Source: an uncultured Acidobacteriota bacterium (GTDB taxonomy: Bacteria > Acidobacteriota > Vicinamibacteria > Vicinamibacterales > UBA2999). Taken from it: a stretch of 64,000 nt of DNA. The DNA lies in NCBI GenBank assembly GCA_963802675.1, contig CAWDJL010000003.1, positions 265,158-329,157 on the forward strand, in the 5' to 3' direction. Position numbers and translations under genes: made by a program. The notes beneath the pieces were generated by a model. The model was given only the letters and a program-made list of their open reading frames with translations, was not told the origin of the DNA and ran no database searches. Shown here piece after piece: positions 22,381 to 30,874 of this stretch (positions are counted from its first letter, which is position 1; every line of letters starts with the position of its first letter).

Positions 22381-24028
22381 GTAGGCTGCCACCTTCAGTG
22401 GCCGACATTCGCAAACCGGACGTGCACCCTGGCGCGCCTCCGGCGGAAACCCTCGCCGCTGGCCCAGGGAGCTCGCGAACTGAAGCCCTCAGCATCCTGA
22501 CCGCGGCAGTCGTCGGTGCGCTGTGCGCCTACGCGATGCGCAAAGTCGACCCCGACCTGTACGGTTACCTTGCCTACGGCCGCCTGTTCGTGGAGCAGGG
22601 CCGGATAGCGGTCGAGGATCCGTTTGCCTACACGTCGACTGGCTCGACATGGGTCGCGTTCGAGTGGCTCGCCCAGCTGACGCTGTGGATTGCGTACGAC
22701 ACTGCCGGCCCGCTGGGTCTCATCGGGCTCAAGTGTCTCCTCGGAGGAATCGCGGTCTACTTCGTGTACGACGCGGTGCGCGTCGCGTCCGGCCGCGATT
22801 TCCACTGGCTGCCGGTGTTCGGCTTCGTGACAGCGAATTTCTCGCGCTATTTTATCTTCCGGCCGCAACTCTTCACCTTCGCGTTCTTCGCGCTGTTCGT
22901 CGCGGTGTTGCTTCGTCATCTAATGCGCCGGCGGACGTCACTCTGGGTCCTGCCCAGTCGTCATGCTGGTATGGGCGAACAGTCATGGAGGGTTTCTCGC
23001 CGGCCTCGGCGCAATCGGTCTGTTCGTTGCGTTGCGAATCGGCGAGAACGCTTCGGGTGGGGCGCGCGGGCCGGACCCTGTTGAAGGGAACCAGGGCGTT
23101 GTGGCTGACGCTCGGCGTCTGCACGGCCATCACCCTGCTGAATCCGCGCGGCGTGGACCTGTGGCGCTACGTGCTCACCGAACTGACGCACTCGACGAAT
23201 CGCCAGTACATCGGCGAATGGGGTCCGGCGCATAGCAGCGGCGACATGTGGTCGTTCGCCGCGTCGATCGTGACGTGCCTGTGCCTGGCGCTCGGGGGGT
23301 GGATCTCGCAATGGCGGCGGCCGCCATCACCCGGCCCCGTACCGGGCCACTTCGTGCTCAGTGCCGTCCCGCTGGCGGTGATGGCCTTCCTGTCGGTGCG
23401 ACACACGCCGATCCTGGCCATCTGGAGTGCTCCGGTGCTGGCGCTGACCGCTGCTCAGGTGCGCGGCTCGCGGTCGGGGGCCAGTCGTGTGCTGTCGATG
23501 GGGCTGCTGTGCGCCGCGCTGACGTCGGTGCTCATTACGATGATCTTCGTGGTGCAGAATCCGCGTCCGGCGATCGCCGCGTCAGGCAACGTGCTCGGCC
23601 CTCTGCACCCGTGCCAGGCCGTGGGCTTCATGCGCGAACAGAGGCTCACCGGCAATGTCTACGTTCCTCTGCCGTGGGGCTCCTACGTCACCTGGCATCT
23701 CTATCCGGCCGTGCGTGTGTCGATGGACGGCCGCAACATCTCGCTTTTCCCCCGCGACATGGTGCGCGAGAGCCTCGAATACTACACGTCGAGCCACCCA
23801 GACCTCGAGGCGCCGCTCCGCTACGATACGGACTTTCTCCTCGTGCGCTCGAACTTCTCGGGGCTGGATGCGCTCGAGGCGGACACGCGATGGACCGCGA
23901 TCCATCGCGACAGCGACGCCGTGTTGTTCAAGCGCGTCGATGGACGCGACCGCCTGCCCGCCGCGAGCTCCGAGAGAGCAGCCGCAGAGAGCACGCCGCG
24001 CGAGGCGTGTCCCGCATTCCTGCAATAG
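22377..24028 (+). pseudogene. uncharacterised polytopic membrane protein, paralog C of the 11835/13322 family; two +1 junctions (about 22960 and 23040)
   Basis: DPDLYGYLAYGRLFVEQGRIAVEDPFAYTSTGSTWVAFEWL ... VWANSHGGFLAG ... NPRGVDLWRYVLTE ... GNVYVPLPWGSYVTWHLYPAVRVSMDGRNISLF ... Same architecture as paralogs A and B. Confidence 0.6.
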
Positions 24029-24071
24029 CTGCTGGCTTTCTGGGTAGCTGTGAGTTGGCTGACGCTGGACT

Positions 24072-24872
24072 CTATCGCCTTGATGCCCTCCGACTTGTCG
24101 GCGATTCAAAGTAGAGGTTGTTGGGGTCCATTCGTAGGTACTTTCCGACGACGATGTATTGGTGATCGGCGAAGTAGTCGATGATGGCTTGTCGGACGTC
24201 AGGATGTGATTCGATACACACGAACGCTGGTTGGAATCGGTCGATGTCGAATCCCTTGAGCGCCTTGGGTTCGGAGAGTTCGATGTCCATCGACATGAAG
24301 TCGAGCTTATCGACTCCTGCCTGTTCGAGCGCCACCGTGAGCGTCGTGGTCGGCACGGTTCGAGCAACCCCCGGGGTCCCTTCGCGAACGGTGAACTCGC
24401 GATTGCTCGACGCCACCAGGCTGTTGCTCGGTGGCACGAACAGCGAGACGGTCGTATCGGGCGCATCGGAGGCAAACATCGCGACGAACTTGGTGCGCGG
24501 TCGATTGAGTCGGTAACCTTCGGCGAACTCACTGAGTGCTTCGACTGCGACTCCAGACCATCCCAACTGCCTTTCGAGGTAATAGGTGTTGCTCTCGTTG
24601 ATGTGGTGGTTGGCGCCGACGTCGAGGAAAACGCCATCGCGACGGTCCTGGAAGAAGTCTCTGATGACCCATTCCTCGACGTGACGGGAGTAGTGCTGTG
24701 GCCCGTACTTCTGCTGGATGGGGCGCAACTCATGCAGCGCCGCGAACCCGAAGTAGGTGGCGCTCCGGAGTTCCCGCTGGCCGCTATCGTACGTGAGCCT
24801 CCATGTGACGACGGCGCTGAAGATAGCCACCAGAGCGTAGGGAATGACCCAGTCACGAGGCTTGTTGCGCAT
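24072..24872 (-). CDS. FkbM family methyltransferase with N-terminal TM anchor
   Basis: Start chosen at ATG 24872 (MRNKPRDWVIPYALVAIFSAVVTW) to avoid overlap with the upstream gene. VFLDVGANHHINESNTYYLERQLGWSGVAVEA ... LDFMSMDIELSEPKAL ... FVCIESH. Confidence 0.7.
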   Translation of the reverse strand: MRNKPRDWVIPYALVAIFSAVVTWRLTYDSGQRELRSATYFGFAALHELRPIQQKYGPQHYSRHVEEWVIRDFFQDRRDGVFLDVGANHHINESNTYYLERQLGWSGVAVEALSEFAEGYRLNRPRTKFVAMFASDAPDTTVSLFVPPSNSLVASSNREFTVREGTPGVARTVPTTTLTVALEQAGVDKLDFMSMDIELSEPKALKGFDIDRFQPAFVCIESHPDVRQAIIDYFADHQYIVVGKYLRMDPNNLYFESPTSRRASRR

Positions 24873-24958
24873 AGGGTTCGTTCGCTTCCAGAACCGGCCC
24901 GTACAGATCTCGGTCGGACCAACGCCGGACGTTAGAGACGAGCCCGTCGAGCCTTTGC

Positions 24959-25345
24959 TTAACTGGCTCGTAGAACGACTTGATCGCCGACGTGTGTCTC
25001 GTTGCCGAGTGCGCCGGCCGCAAGCTCGATGGTCGCGAACGCGCGCCACGACACGGCGATACGACGCCGCGGGACGGCGTGACAGACCTTGAGAACGGTG
25101 CCGTCACGCGCGACGAAAACCAGATCGATCGCAAACCGCATCCCAAACGTGTGGACCGCGTTGCAGGGCGCGATGATCAACGCGAACCCCTCGGGCATGC
25201 GGTCGTGCTTCAGCAGGCCAGTTCGCCGGCTCGCGGAATCGACTGCGGCGGTCGGGTTCGAGGCGATCACCTGGCCCGTTCGCGTGTTCACCAGCGTGTG
25301 AGGCGCGACCGGAAGCTTCAGGAGCGGTGTCAGGAACGACGCCAT
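24959..25345 (-). CDS. DUF192 domain protein
   Basis: Intact 128-aa ORF. RRTGLLKHDRMPEGFALIIAPCNAVHTFGMRFAIDLVFVARDGTVLKV ... ATIELAAG matches my memory of the DUF192 (COG1430) pattern. Confidence 0.65.
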   Translation of the reverse strand: MASFLTPLLKLPVAPHTLVNTRTGQVIASNPTAAVDSASRRTGLLKHDRMPEGFALIIAPCNAVHTFGMRFAIDLVFVARDGTVLKVCHAVPRRRIAVSWRAFATIELAAGALGNETHVGDQVVLRAS

Positions 25346-25481
25346 CGGTTCTACGTCATCTCTATCTAGGACGCGATCGAGGGAATGGCTGCTGAGCCAC
25401 GTGTTTCGTGTTCACATGCACAGCTCGCCCTCCTACCTTGCGGTCAGGAACGATCTCCCCAGGCTCGAGCCGGGCGATGGC

Positions 25482-27363
25482 TCATTCAGTCCGAGCTGTC
25501 CGGGTGGCTGAATCGTCAACGGGAGCAGGCGTGCGTTTGCGCCCGCCGAGCAGGGCGCGAACCCAATCGGCGATTGCAGCCAAGCCGTAGCCTATGCTGA
25601 GCGCCCACATCGGCCAAGTCAGCAGTCCCCAATATTGATTGAAACTCTGCCCGGTCGTCATAAAAAGGCCGATATAGGTCGCGGCGGACCATCGCATCAA
25701 GACAGGTGACGAAGAGCTTAGGATGCTGGCGACGATCGCGACCAGTGCCAATGCCGCCCACTGGGGCGATGCCAGCTGAGACACTAAATGCCACCGTACG
25801 GCAGCGGTGAGAAAAGTCAGACCAGCAAACTGTGTCCATGGTCGCGTATGACTTAGGTCAGTCGGCAATCGGTACTCCCAGACGTTCGTGAGATGCATCC
25901 CGTAGTAAAGCCCGTACAACGCCCCTCCCAAAAGCCAGGCCATCACTTCCCGTCTTCTTCCGCCGACCCCCGCCAGCGTCGCACAGACCAGGCAGTAGGG
26001 ACCGGCAAGCTCACGGACGAACAGCGCGAGTAGGCCAAAACAGATTCCCAGCGATGGCCATCGGCTCAAATAGGCGCAAATCGACAGGCCGATGAGGGCT
26101 CCCGCCCACGCTTCGCCCAGGACGATTGCCGCAGCGAACGGTGCTGTGAATACGGCACCGCATTGCATGAACATCGCAGTGAGAAACGCAACTGGTGGCA
26201 GCTGTTCGCGCGCGAGTATCACAAAAGTCAGTGTGCAGAGTGCGAGAGCGATACCGATCCACAGCATGACCACTGCGCGTTCAGACAAAACTGACAGGGA
26301 AGACATCAAGAGCGGAGTCCGCCAGTTGAACGGGTGGGACAGCGGATAGCCGTAACGGCGCAGAACGTCCCCATAGGTCTCGTAATATGAGGCCCCACTC
26401 CTCATCTCGGTGACGATGGTTTGAAAGACCGCGACGTCGCCAGGCCCAGGCAGCGGAGCAGCAGAGGTGGTGGAAGAATCAGCCGTCAACGCGACCGGTC
26501 TCGAGCCTTGTGGTTCTGGGGCTTGTCGGTGCGGCCCCGCCGTCTGGCAGTCAGGCGCCTTGGGATTGTTCGGCGCATCCACCGCCGCCGGGCCGGCGGA
26601 GCGGCTCGCCGGGAGCGAGTCGTGGCCAGCCGCTTGTTCACGAACAGGACTTCGTACGCCCACGCGGGAAACGGGTCGAGACCCGGCCGGCAACTGTAGT
26701 TGTTGAAATGGAGATGCGCCACATGAAACCAGCGCTTCAACCGCCGCACGACCTCGACGAACTGAGGCTTGTCGACATAGTGCATCTCGATGGCGAGCTG
26801 ATCGATGCGATTGAGCGTCTCGTCTGACGCGTGCAGAAGGCTGTCCCATTCGGCGCCCTCGATGTCCATCTTGACGACGAGCCGCTTGCGGGCGTCGCCG
26901 TTCTTGGCGAACTGACCCTCCATCGAGTCGAAGATCCGACCGGACTCGGTAAAGGACTTGGCGGCGACGCATTCGGGGTGAAACTCGGTGTCCCCGCTGG
27001 GGCATGGCTTCGGCAGGCGGGGATCGAAACAGTCGGTACTGATGTGCCCGGACCTTGAGCTGCGTTGACACCTCGCATCCCCAGCCGTCATAACCCGAGA
27101 TGCCGTAGGAATACGCCGACTGCACGTCCCCCAGCAGGTTGCCGCACAGGATATAGCCACCGTCGTTCTCCTCACCGAATCGCTCGAGCTCACAGTTCGC
27201 GAGCGCGACGGGCTGGAGCAGCTGTGAACAACATCTCGCGGACCTGGCGAGGCTCCGAGGGAATAGGGTCTTCAACCGTGGTCGTGAGCCGCAGCCCGAT
27301 CACGGCGGCAGCCGCCGCCCCGAGGATCGCGGAGAGAGTCCCGGCTCGTCCCAGATCCGTCAC
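25482..27363 (-). pseudogene. FkbM-type methyltransferase (paralog of 21545-22380) running without a stop into a polytopic membrane domain; three frame junctions
   Basis: GTG 27363 gives MTDLGRAGTLSAILGAAAAAVIGL...EPRQVREMLF|QLLQPVALANCELERFGEENDGGYILC...VRAHQY|DCFDPRLPKPCPSGDTEFHPECV...KMDIEGAEWDSLL...EVLFVNKRL|GHDSLP...VDAPNNPKAPDCQTAG. The frame then stays open through about 340 aa of TM-rich sequence (FNWRTPLLMSSLSV ... WGLLTWPMWALSIGYGL) to 25482. Junctions near 27245, 27035 and 26630. Confidence 0.6.
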
Positions 27364-27403
27364 AAGCGTATTCCCAATCTCATTGCGAAGTTATGATCTC
27401 CCA

Positions 27404-28814
27404 ATGCGCCGTCACGTGCTGCCCTTGATTTGGTTGCTGCTCTCATCGTCTCTGGCTGCCGGGCCCAACGAGTGGCCCCAATTCCGCGGTCCCTGGCGGG
27501 GCCGGTGTCGCCGACGAGTCCAGGCTGCCGCAGCACTGGTCGGTCACCGACAACGTCGCCTGGGTCGTGGACCTGCCCGGCCGCGGCTGGTCTTCACCCA
27601 TCGTCTGGCGCGATCGCGTGTTTGTCACGACCGCCGTCAGTCCAGGGTCCTTCAAGGCGCCCTCGACCGGAATTTTCGGAAACGATTACGTCGCCGAGCT
27701 CGCCAAGCAGGGATTGCCTGAAGAGGAGGTCGTCAAGCGTGTCGTGGCACGTGACATCGAGCTGACCACCGAGACCGGCGCCATCCGCTACATGGTTCTC
27801 GCCCTCGATGCGAAGACCGGGAAGGTCGTGTGGGAGCGCGAAGCGCATCGCGGGCAGCCGTTCGGCGGACGCCATCGCAAGAACACCTACGCGTCCGAGA
27901 CGCCGGCGACCGACGGCGAGCGACTCTATGCCTCGTTCGGAGGCAACGTGGGGGTGTTTTGCTACGCGCTCGACGGGAAGCTGCTGTGGAAGCACAGTTG
28001 GGCGCCGCAGCCGATCTATCTGGACTTCGGCACCGCCTCGTCGCCCGTCGTTCACGAGGGTCGCGTCTATCAGCTTCACGACAACGATGGTCAGTCGTTC
28101 CTCGCGGCGCTCGACGCGAAGACCGGCAAGGAGTTGTGGAACGTCCAGCGGACGGACGCTGCGGGCGGGATGCGTTCGGGTTGGGCGACGCCGTTCATTT
28201 GGAAGGAGGCAGGTCGAACCGAGATCGTCACCATCGGCCGCGGCTTCGTGATCAGCTACGACACCGCCGGTCGCGAGCTGTGGCGCTTGAAGGGCATGAC
28301 GCAGGCGACGCCGAGCCCTGTCGCGGGCGACGGCCTGCTCTACGTCGGATCTGGATCGCAGGGCGAAGCCAATCGACCGCTGATTGCCGTGCGCCCCGGT
28401 GCCAGCGGCGACATCTCACTGACCAAGGACCAGACGTCGAACGACTTTGTCGTGTGGGCGCAGCCGCGCTTTTCCGGCTACACGCCGTCACCGCTGGTCT
28501 ACCGCGGACGCGTTTACGCGGTGAACGACAACGGAATCCTGCAGGTCGCCGATGCCAAGACGGGCGTCGAGATCTACAAGGCGCGGATGGGCGGCGGCGG
28601 CCACACGTTCTCGAGCTCGCCGCTCGCCAGCCAGGGGCTGATCTACTTCATGAGTGAAGACGGCGAGGCGTTCGTCTTGCGCGCCGGCGACAAGTACGAC
28701 GAGATCACCAAGAACAGCCTCGGCGAGATGAGCCTCGCGACGCCGGCCGCCGATGCCGACAGCCTGTACGTGCGGACGCAGAGCAAGCTCTATCGGATTC
28801 GAGCGAAGGGGTAG
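27404..28814 (+). pseudogene. PQQ-like beta-propeller repeat protein, secreted; one +1 junction near 27494
   Basis: Signal peptide MRRHVLPLIWLLLSSSLAAGPNEWPQFRGP in one frame. GGAGVADESRLPQHWSVTDNVAWVVDLPGRGWSSPIVWRDRVFVTTA plus the 415-aa ORF in the next frame. Repeated propeller blades (GKVVWE, GKLLWK, GKELWN, GRELWR). Confidence 0.7.
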
Positions 28815-28836
28815 AGAGGGCCGCCTTGATCCTTAT

Positions 28837-29046
28837 GGCAGTTGCGTTGCCGCTGCCGCGAATCCGGGTTCCGGTGCCCGGTCCGCGCTGCGATGGCCGC
28901 TGCGGGCCGCGTGACGCGAGCCCCACCGCGCGACCAGAGGTGCGGTCGGGGACCCCTGCTCGCGGAATTCCCACCGCCTTCTCGCGCGGTCGGATCCGCG
29001 CGCGGGCACCTCCACACGGCTTCGCCACAGCGGCAACGCAACTGCC
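28837..29046. repeat. 210-bp element closed by a perfect 19-bp inverted repeat
   Basis: GGCAGTTGCGTTGCCGCTG at 28837-28855 and its exact reverse complement CAGCGGCAACGCAACTGCC at 29028-29046. The interior is itself partly palindromic. It lies 22 nt after the stop of the PQQ-like gene. Confidence 0.7.
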
Positions 29047-29154
29047 TTCCGGACTGGGCGTGTTTACAGTTGTCCGACAGGAAGACACGGAAGCCGGTTT
29101 GTTTGGTGTGCCGCGAAGAACACGTGCGGGTTGCGATACTTCAACGTGTGACCT

Positions 29155-29318
29155 GTTTGCGGAGCGAACCGTGTGGAGCCCGCCGTCACGATCACGAAAA
29201 ACGTCGCGCAGGCGAGTGACAGCGCGTGGGGATGGGGGCCCCCACGCGGCGTTCCACGCGACGATACGCCGGAGCGACGTTTTTCCGGCGTGCGGAACCC
29301 GGTTCGTGGAGCAAATGG
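29155..29318 (+). repeat. 164-bp repeat, copy 1 (inverted partner at 32881-33044)
   Basis: About 88 percent identical by hand alignment to the reverse complement of 32881-33044. Contains hairpins CGCGTGGGG..CCCCACGCG and CGCCGGA..TCCGGCG. Confidence 0.8.
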
Positions 29319-29328
29319 GTCACATCGA

Positions 29329-29631
29329 ATGTCAGAGCAATCCGCAGAAGCACTGCTGCTCACGATTCGCGTGATTCCTCGCGCGAAACGATCGGGCATC
29401 GATGGCATGCGCGGCGATGCCATCCTCGTCCGTCTGCAGGCACCACCAGCCGACGGCGCGGCCAATGAGGAGCTCATTGACGTTCTCGCCGCCGCCCTGG
29501 CCGTACCCAGGCGCGCTGTGACGATCGTCTCAGGCGAACGATCACGTCAGAAACGTGTGAGAGTGACCGGAGTCGATGCCGTGACTGCGCAAGCGCGCTT
29601 GGCGAAAGCGCAGCCTAAGATGAATCCGTGA
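29329..29631 (+). CDS. DUF167 (YggU-like) protein
   Basis: ATG 29329. LLLTIRVIPRAKRSGIDGMRGDAILVRLQAPPADGAANEELIDVLAAALAVPRRAVTIVSGERSRQKRVRV is the typical YggU pattern. The upstream part of the tracked ORF is a translated repeat. Confidence 0.7.
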   Translation: MSEQSAEALLLTIRVIPRAKRSGIDGMRGDAILVRLQAPPADGAANEELIDVLAAALAVPRRAVTIVSGERSRQKRVRVTGVDAVTAQARLAKAQPKMNP

Positions 29632-30029
29632 GCCTTCGCTGGCCCGTACGTCTTCTACTCATCGGCGGTTTACTCATCACCGCCTGCGACTCGTCTGTAG
29701 CCCCACCGCCCCAGACGGTTGCGGCGGCGAGGCCGCTCGGCACCTGGGAGGGCAGTGGCAATCGCACCATTGGCATCAACAGCGATTCGGGCCGATTCCG
29801 CGTGAAGTGGGAGACGCGAGAAGGCGCCTCGCCGGGCGGGAGCTTTCGGCTGACGGTCCACAGCGCCGTCAGTGGCCGCCCGATTCAGGTCATTGCCGAC
29901 CACCAGGGCGCGGGTGGCGCGACCGTCGACTTTGCCGACGACCCCCGCCCCTACAACCTGATGATCGACTCAGCCGGCGTGCAGTGGTCGTTTTCCGTGG
30001 AAGAAATTGTCGCTGGGCGGCTTCGCTGA
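29628..30029 (+). CDS. lipoprotein, hypothetical
   Basis: GTGA overlap with the upstream gene. Lipobox LLITAC. 133 aa with no recognised domain. Confidence 0.55.
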   Translation: MSLRWPVRLLLIGGLLITACDSSVAPPPQTVAAARPLGTWEGSGNRTIGINSDSGRFRVKWETREGASPGGSFRLTVHSAVSGRPIQVIADHQGAGGATVDFADDPRPYNLMIDSAGVQWSFSVEEIVAGRLR

Positions 30030-30030
30030 C

Positions 30031-30187
30031 GGTCCACGGTCCACGGTCTACGGTCCACGGCACGTAGGCTGCCTCAGTCCCTTCGGACAAGCTAGTCAGC
30101 AACTGCCAATGGCAACTGAGCGAGAACCTCCGTGCCGGAGACCGTAGCGAGCCGGCGACCGGCAGACCGTGGACTGTCGAGACCGGG
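30031..30187. repeat. heptamer-word palindrome (TCCACGG/TCTACGG units)
   Basis: GGTCCACGGTCCACGGTCTACGGTCCACGG at 30031-30060. Inverted units (CCGTAG.., CCGTGGAC) at 30130-30187. Starts 2 nt after the lipoprotein stop. Confidence 0.7.
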
Positions 30188-30208
30188 ACGGAGTATTCTT
30201 TACAGATA

Positions 30209-30865
30209 TTGAACGCCGTGAATTATCGACTGAACGTGCTTGTCCTCATCCTCCTGTCCGCGGCATGCCGGAGCGCGCAGGGCGGCTCTGGACCGCAGAT
30301 CATTCAGCCCGGCGCGCCCGGGCAGGAGAGCCGCGAGGTCTCGGCCGCCAAGACCGCGACCGAGTCCCAGCTTTCCCACACCGACGCGGACGTCAAGTTC
30401 ATGCAGGGCATGATTGGCCACCACGCGCAGGCGATTGAGATGTCGGCCCTCGTTCCGACGCGGACCGCGCGGGACGAAATGCGGCTCCTCGCCAAGCGCA
30501 TCGACGTTTCGCAGGCGGATGAGATCAAGATGATGCAGGAGTGGCTGCAGCGGCGCGCTCAGAGGCTGCCCGACCCGCACGCGCACCACCAGCCAGGCGC
30601 GACGCTGATGCCCGGCATGCTGTCGCAGGAAGAGATGAGCCGTCTCGGCGCGGCCAAGGGTGACGAATTCGATCGCCTGTTCTTGCAGGGCATGATCAAG
30701 CACCACGCGGGCGCACTGACGATGGTGCACGAGTTGTTTGCGAGTCCGGGAGCGGGGCAGGAATCGGAGATTTTTGCGTTCGCATCCGACGTCGACGCCG
30801 ACCAGCGGATGGAAATCGATCGGATGGGCGCCATGCTCGCGACCATCAAGGAGCTTCAGCAATGA
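30209..30865 (+). CDS. DUF305 family lipoprotein (four-helix, His/Met-rich)
   Basis: Signal/lipobox LVLILLSAAC. Duplicated DUF305 motifs DVKFMQGMIGHHAQAIEMS and DRLFLQGMIKHHAGALTMV. Confidence 0.75.
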   Translation: MNAVNYRLNVLVLILLSAACRSAQGGSGPQIIQPGAPGQESREVSAAKTATESQLSHTDADVKFMQGMIGHHAQAIEMSALVPTRTARDEMRLLAKRIDVSQADEIKMMQEWLQRRAQRLPDPHAHHQPGATLMPGMLSQEEMSRLGAAKGDEFDRLFLQGMIKHHAGALTMVHELFASPGAGQESEIFAFASDVDADQRMEIDRMGAMLATIKELQQ

Positions 30866-30874
30866 GATCGGTGA

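Noticed and set aside
24873-25049. Longer N-terminus of the FkbM gene (ORF-track start 25049)
   Set aside because: The extra 59 codons are Arg/Ser-rich and overlap the 3' end of the DUF192 gene. ATG 24872 gives a normal basic-then-TM N-terminus like the other FkbM genes here.
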